From contig OX597823.1 of NCBI GenBank assembly GCA_951406725.2, positions 34,968,001-35,032,000 on the forward strand: 64,000 nucleotides of DNA, in the 5' to 3' direction. Shown one piece after another: positions 61,451 to 64,000 of the stretch; within the stretch, counting starts at the first letter, position 1; every line of letters starts with the position of its first letter. Both the position numbers and the translations under genes were made by a program. Origin of the DNA: Octopus vulgaris. Lineage: Eukaryota. The notes beneath the pieces were generated by a model. That model was not told the DNA's origin, ran no database searches, and saw nothing but the letters and a program-made list of their open reading frames with translations.

Positions 61451-63859
61451 TTACTGAAATTTGTGGAGGTGGAGTCTGATTTGAAGATGATAAAAAAACT
61501 GTACTGATTAGTAATATCAATGTTACAGAAAACCCAATCACCACAGCAAATATATCCTGACACAAGTGTAGTATTTAGAAGCTGAGATATTTTGTACCCT
61601 GCCAAGTTTATATTTGTTGAACCCCTCTTACCTTATATCTTTAACATACCTTTACATCTGCCCATTGCTCACCCACTTTTCACCCATCTTATCACTCAGA
61701 GCCCTCCATGTCTCATCTCTATACTAGTAGTTTCAACTGCATCATTCTATTCATTCTGACACACTTGCCCTTCACTAGCTCTCTATATGTAACTGCATCA
61801 GACTAGCTTCATTTCCCCTACCCAGTGCACTTTAACTCCACTTAGCTGTACTGCTAGCCATCACTCAGTATCTTCTCAGCCAACTCTCTTGTCACCCTTC
61901 ACCTTCTTTTGCTTTTATTTCATCACCAACTTTTACCTTCAATCATCTTTACAAATCTCTCTCCCCTTAACTCCACCCCAAATAGCCTTTTCTTCATCAT
62001 GCTCTTGCTCCTTTCATCCACTCACTCTTACTTTCTACTTCTGTTATTGCCAGTTACTCTATTCTTGACTTTACCTCCAAATAACTCTACCGTTTTATCA
62101 TCAGACTCTTCTCTTTTCACCCGTCTACCCATTCTGGTCCTGATGTCATTGCTCTCTACCTCCTTGGACACCTGAACAAATGTATTGGTTTTTAATTACT
62201 TTCTACACTTTTACTTACATCTTTCTTGGTCACCTCTTTCAGGCCTTTTTGTTGTCATTGCTCCTTCTCTTACTCCTCTCCTCTGGCTATATGTACTCTC
62301 TACTGTATATAAGGCATCTCCCTCCTTTGTTGCTGCCATAATAACATCCCCCACTGCACTCCTTCTACAGGTCATTGGTGAGTAAAACTACCTCTCTAGT
62401 GCTGGTGTCACGAAAAAATTAAATGCTCTGTAAAGTGGGTGGCAAATGAGCAGTGATAGTACAGATTGTGAGGTTTTGCCAAGGACTATTCAACTCTTCT
62501 TGTGTTGGTGCCATGAGAAAATGCACCTAGTGTGCTCTGTAATGTAATTGATGATATGAAGCGCATCCAGTTGTAGAAACTAGGTCAAATGTTATGTATG
62601 AGCGAGCACCAGTCTATGGGAGCAACATCTCCCAGCAAGAAATGACTTTGACCATGACAAAAATCCATTTCATTCCAGCATGGAAAGCAAACATAAAATG
62701 ATGGTGATTGTGGCAGTAGTGGTGGTCATGACGATTTATTTCAACACTCCATCAATTCCTCTAATGTTTCCTCACAACTCTTCTTACAACACAGTAACAA
62801 ACCTGCTTGTTATACCCACCCCACGTCTTTACACTTCATGTGCAACCTCAACATTCCATGTGAGACCTGCACTACTTCTTTGAACCAAAACCTTAAAAAT
62901 ATTCTTCAGTAATGACATGTTAAACTGGCATCTTGCAACAACACAGACACAATACTACACATATCAAGAGAAATACCTTACGCCTCATCTTCTTTATGCA
63001 AGAACAACAAGCAACAAAAGCCTCACAGTGTCTGATGATCTTTTAGTTGTGCAAAGCAAGTGAAAAGGCTTTAACTAGAGACTGAAACTGTAAAAATAAG
63101 TTTTAATTTATTGGAAGTATACTTTTTGCTCTCACAATTACTATGCATACACACTAAATGATAGCTCTATGTGACCACACAGCCTACAGAAATAGCAGTT
63201 AGATTCCCCTTCAAACCATATCTTACCATCTTAAAAATAGGAAGGACACATTAGATAGTGTAATTCTGGATACATTGTCTGAAAATAAGGTGGGATAGTC
63301 ATTGCTGGAGCACTTTGATCTTAGGCCCACCTGATCTGAAACTAGACAAAATAACATGCTCAAAATTAAGTTAGCTAATTATTGCAGTATACATTATCGT
63401 TATATATCTGGGAATTATAATTTAAATTCATTGTTTCATTAGACTCAAAAAGAAAAATCCTTTATGATTTCATTAGTGACAATAAAAGAAACAAATTTGT
63501 TAATTTATTTTTCTTTTTTATTTGTTTGCTGCAGAAACTTATGTGCATAAGATTCTTAAGCTTGTAAAGTAGAACAAGTTTAGCTGGTCAGCCAGTCCTG
63601 CTGTTAACTTCCATGTGCAGGTTACAATCAGAATCATAAATTACTATCTGACCTTGCTTTTCATGCTACAGTTACTCATAAGGTGTGAGGAATCTACTGA
63701 TGCAACTTAGGAACTACTTCTTGAAGTTGCATTCATTAAAGAATTAAAATTATTCCTTTCAAGAAAGAAGCTTTTGTTTAAGCATTTCTATGTTTCAGAC
63801 ATAGGAAGAATATATATTGTTACTAATTCATTTACCCTTCTTTGTTTTTCTCTTACCAG

Positions 63860-63921
63860 ATCAAAGTGGAGGCAGTACTCCAGTTCAGGACGAGCCTACA
63901 TATTCTGATGTAGAAAACCAA
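63860..63921 (+). CDS. IWS1: IWS1-like second coding exon
   Basis: Strong polypyrimidine tract + cag|AT CAA AGT GGA GGC AGT ACT CCA GTT CAG GAC GAG...AAC CAA|gtaagt = (D)QSGGSTPVQDEPTYSDVENQ. Confidence 0.72.
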
Positions 63922-64000
63922 GTAAGTATTAAGAATCATTTGAACTGGCTCAGTTTTACATATACTTGATATTTCACTTATCTCCAACATTTTGACATTA

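Noticed and set aside
63505-63580. Strong acceptor-like site (polypyrimidine + gcag) upstream of IWS1 exon 2
   Set aside because: In-frame stop after about 12 codons and no convincing donor. Could be a poison exon but is unsupported without RNA data.

Overview
AT-rich, microsatellite- and transposon-dense eukaryotic genomic DNA, most likely an octopus or other coleoid cephalopod (inferred from the SINE/RTE repeat types). Two host genes lie on the + strand. The first is the last nine coding exons of an ANKRD13C orthologue (2750-36003; all GT-AG introns, phases consistent, ending ...EDPQRFPDL*). The second is the promoter and first two coding exons of a probable IWS1 orthologue (51426-51447 + 63860-63921, MEIDASGDQSGGSTPVQDE). 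Introns and intergenic DNA hold a young CR1-clade LINE with intact ORF2, a young 5'-truncated RTE LINE and older copies, a deleted Gypsy LTR element and a solo LTR, Penelope-like (PLE) fragments, mariner/Tc1-like/Tigger relics, Helitron ends, MITEs/foldbacks and tRNA-SINEs. Three signals stand out. (1) The CR1 ORF2 has no usable AUG and overlaps ORF1 in the -1 frame at a G_GGA_AAC slippery site, followed by a perfect 15-bp hairpin (candidate programmed -1 frameshift). (2) A 161-bp-arm palindrome in an ANKRD13C intron carries an intact minimal hammerhead ribozyme on each strand. (3) Several further hammerhead-like motifs have non-canonical cores (extra nucleotide after A9, U3-A8 covariation). 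All calls were made by eye; no searches or folding were run.
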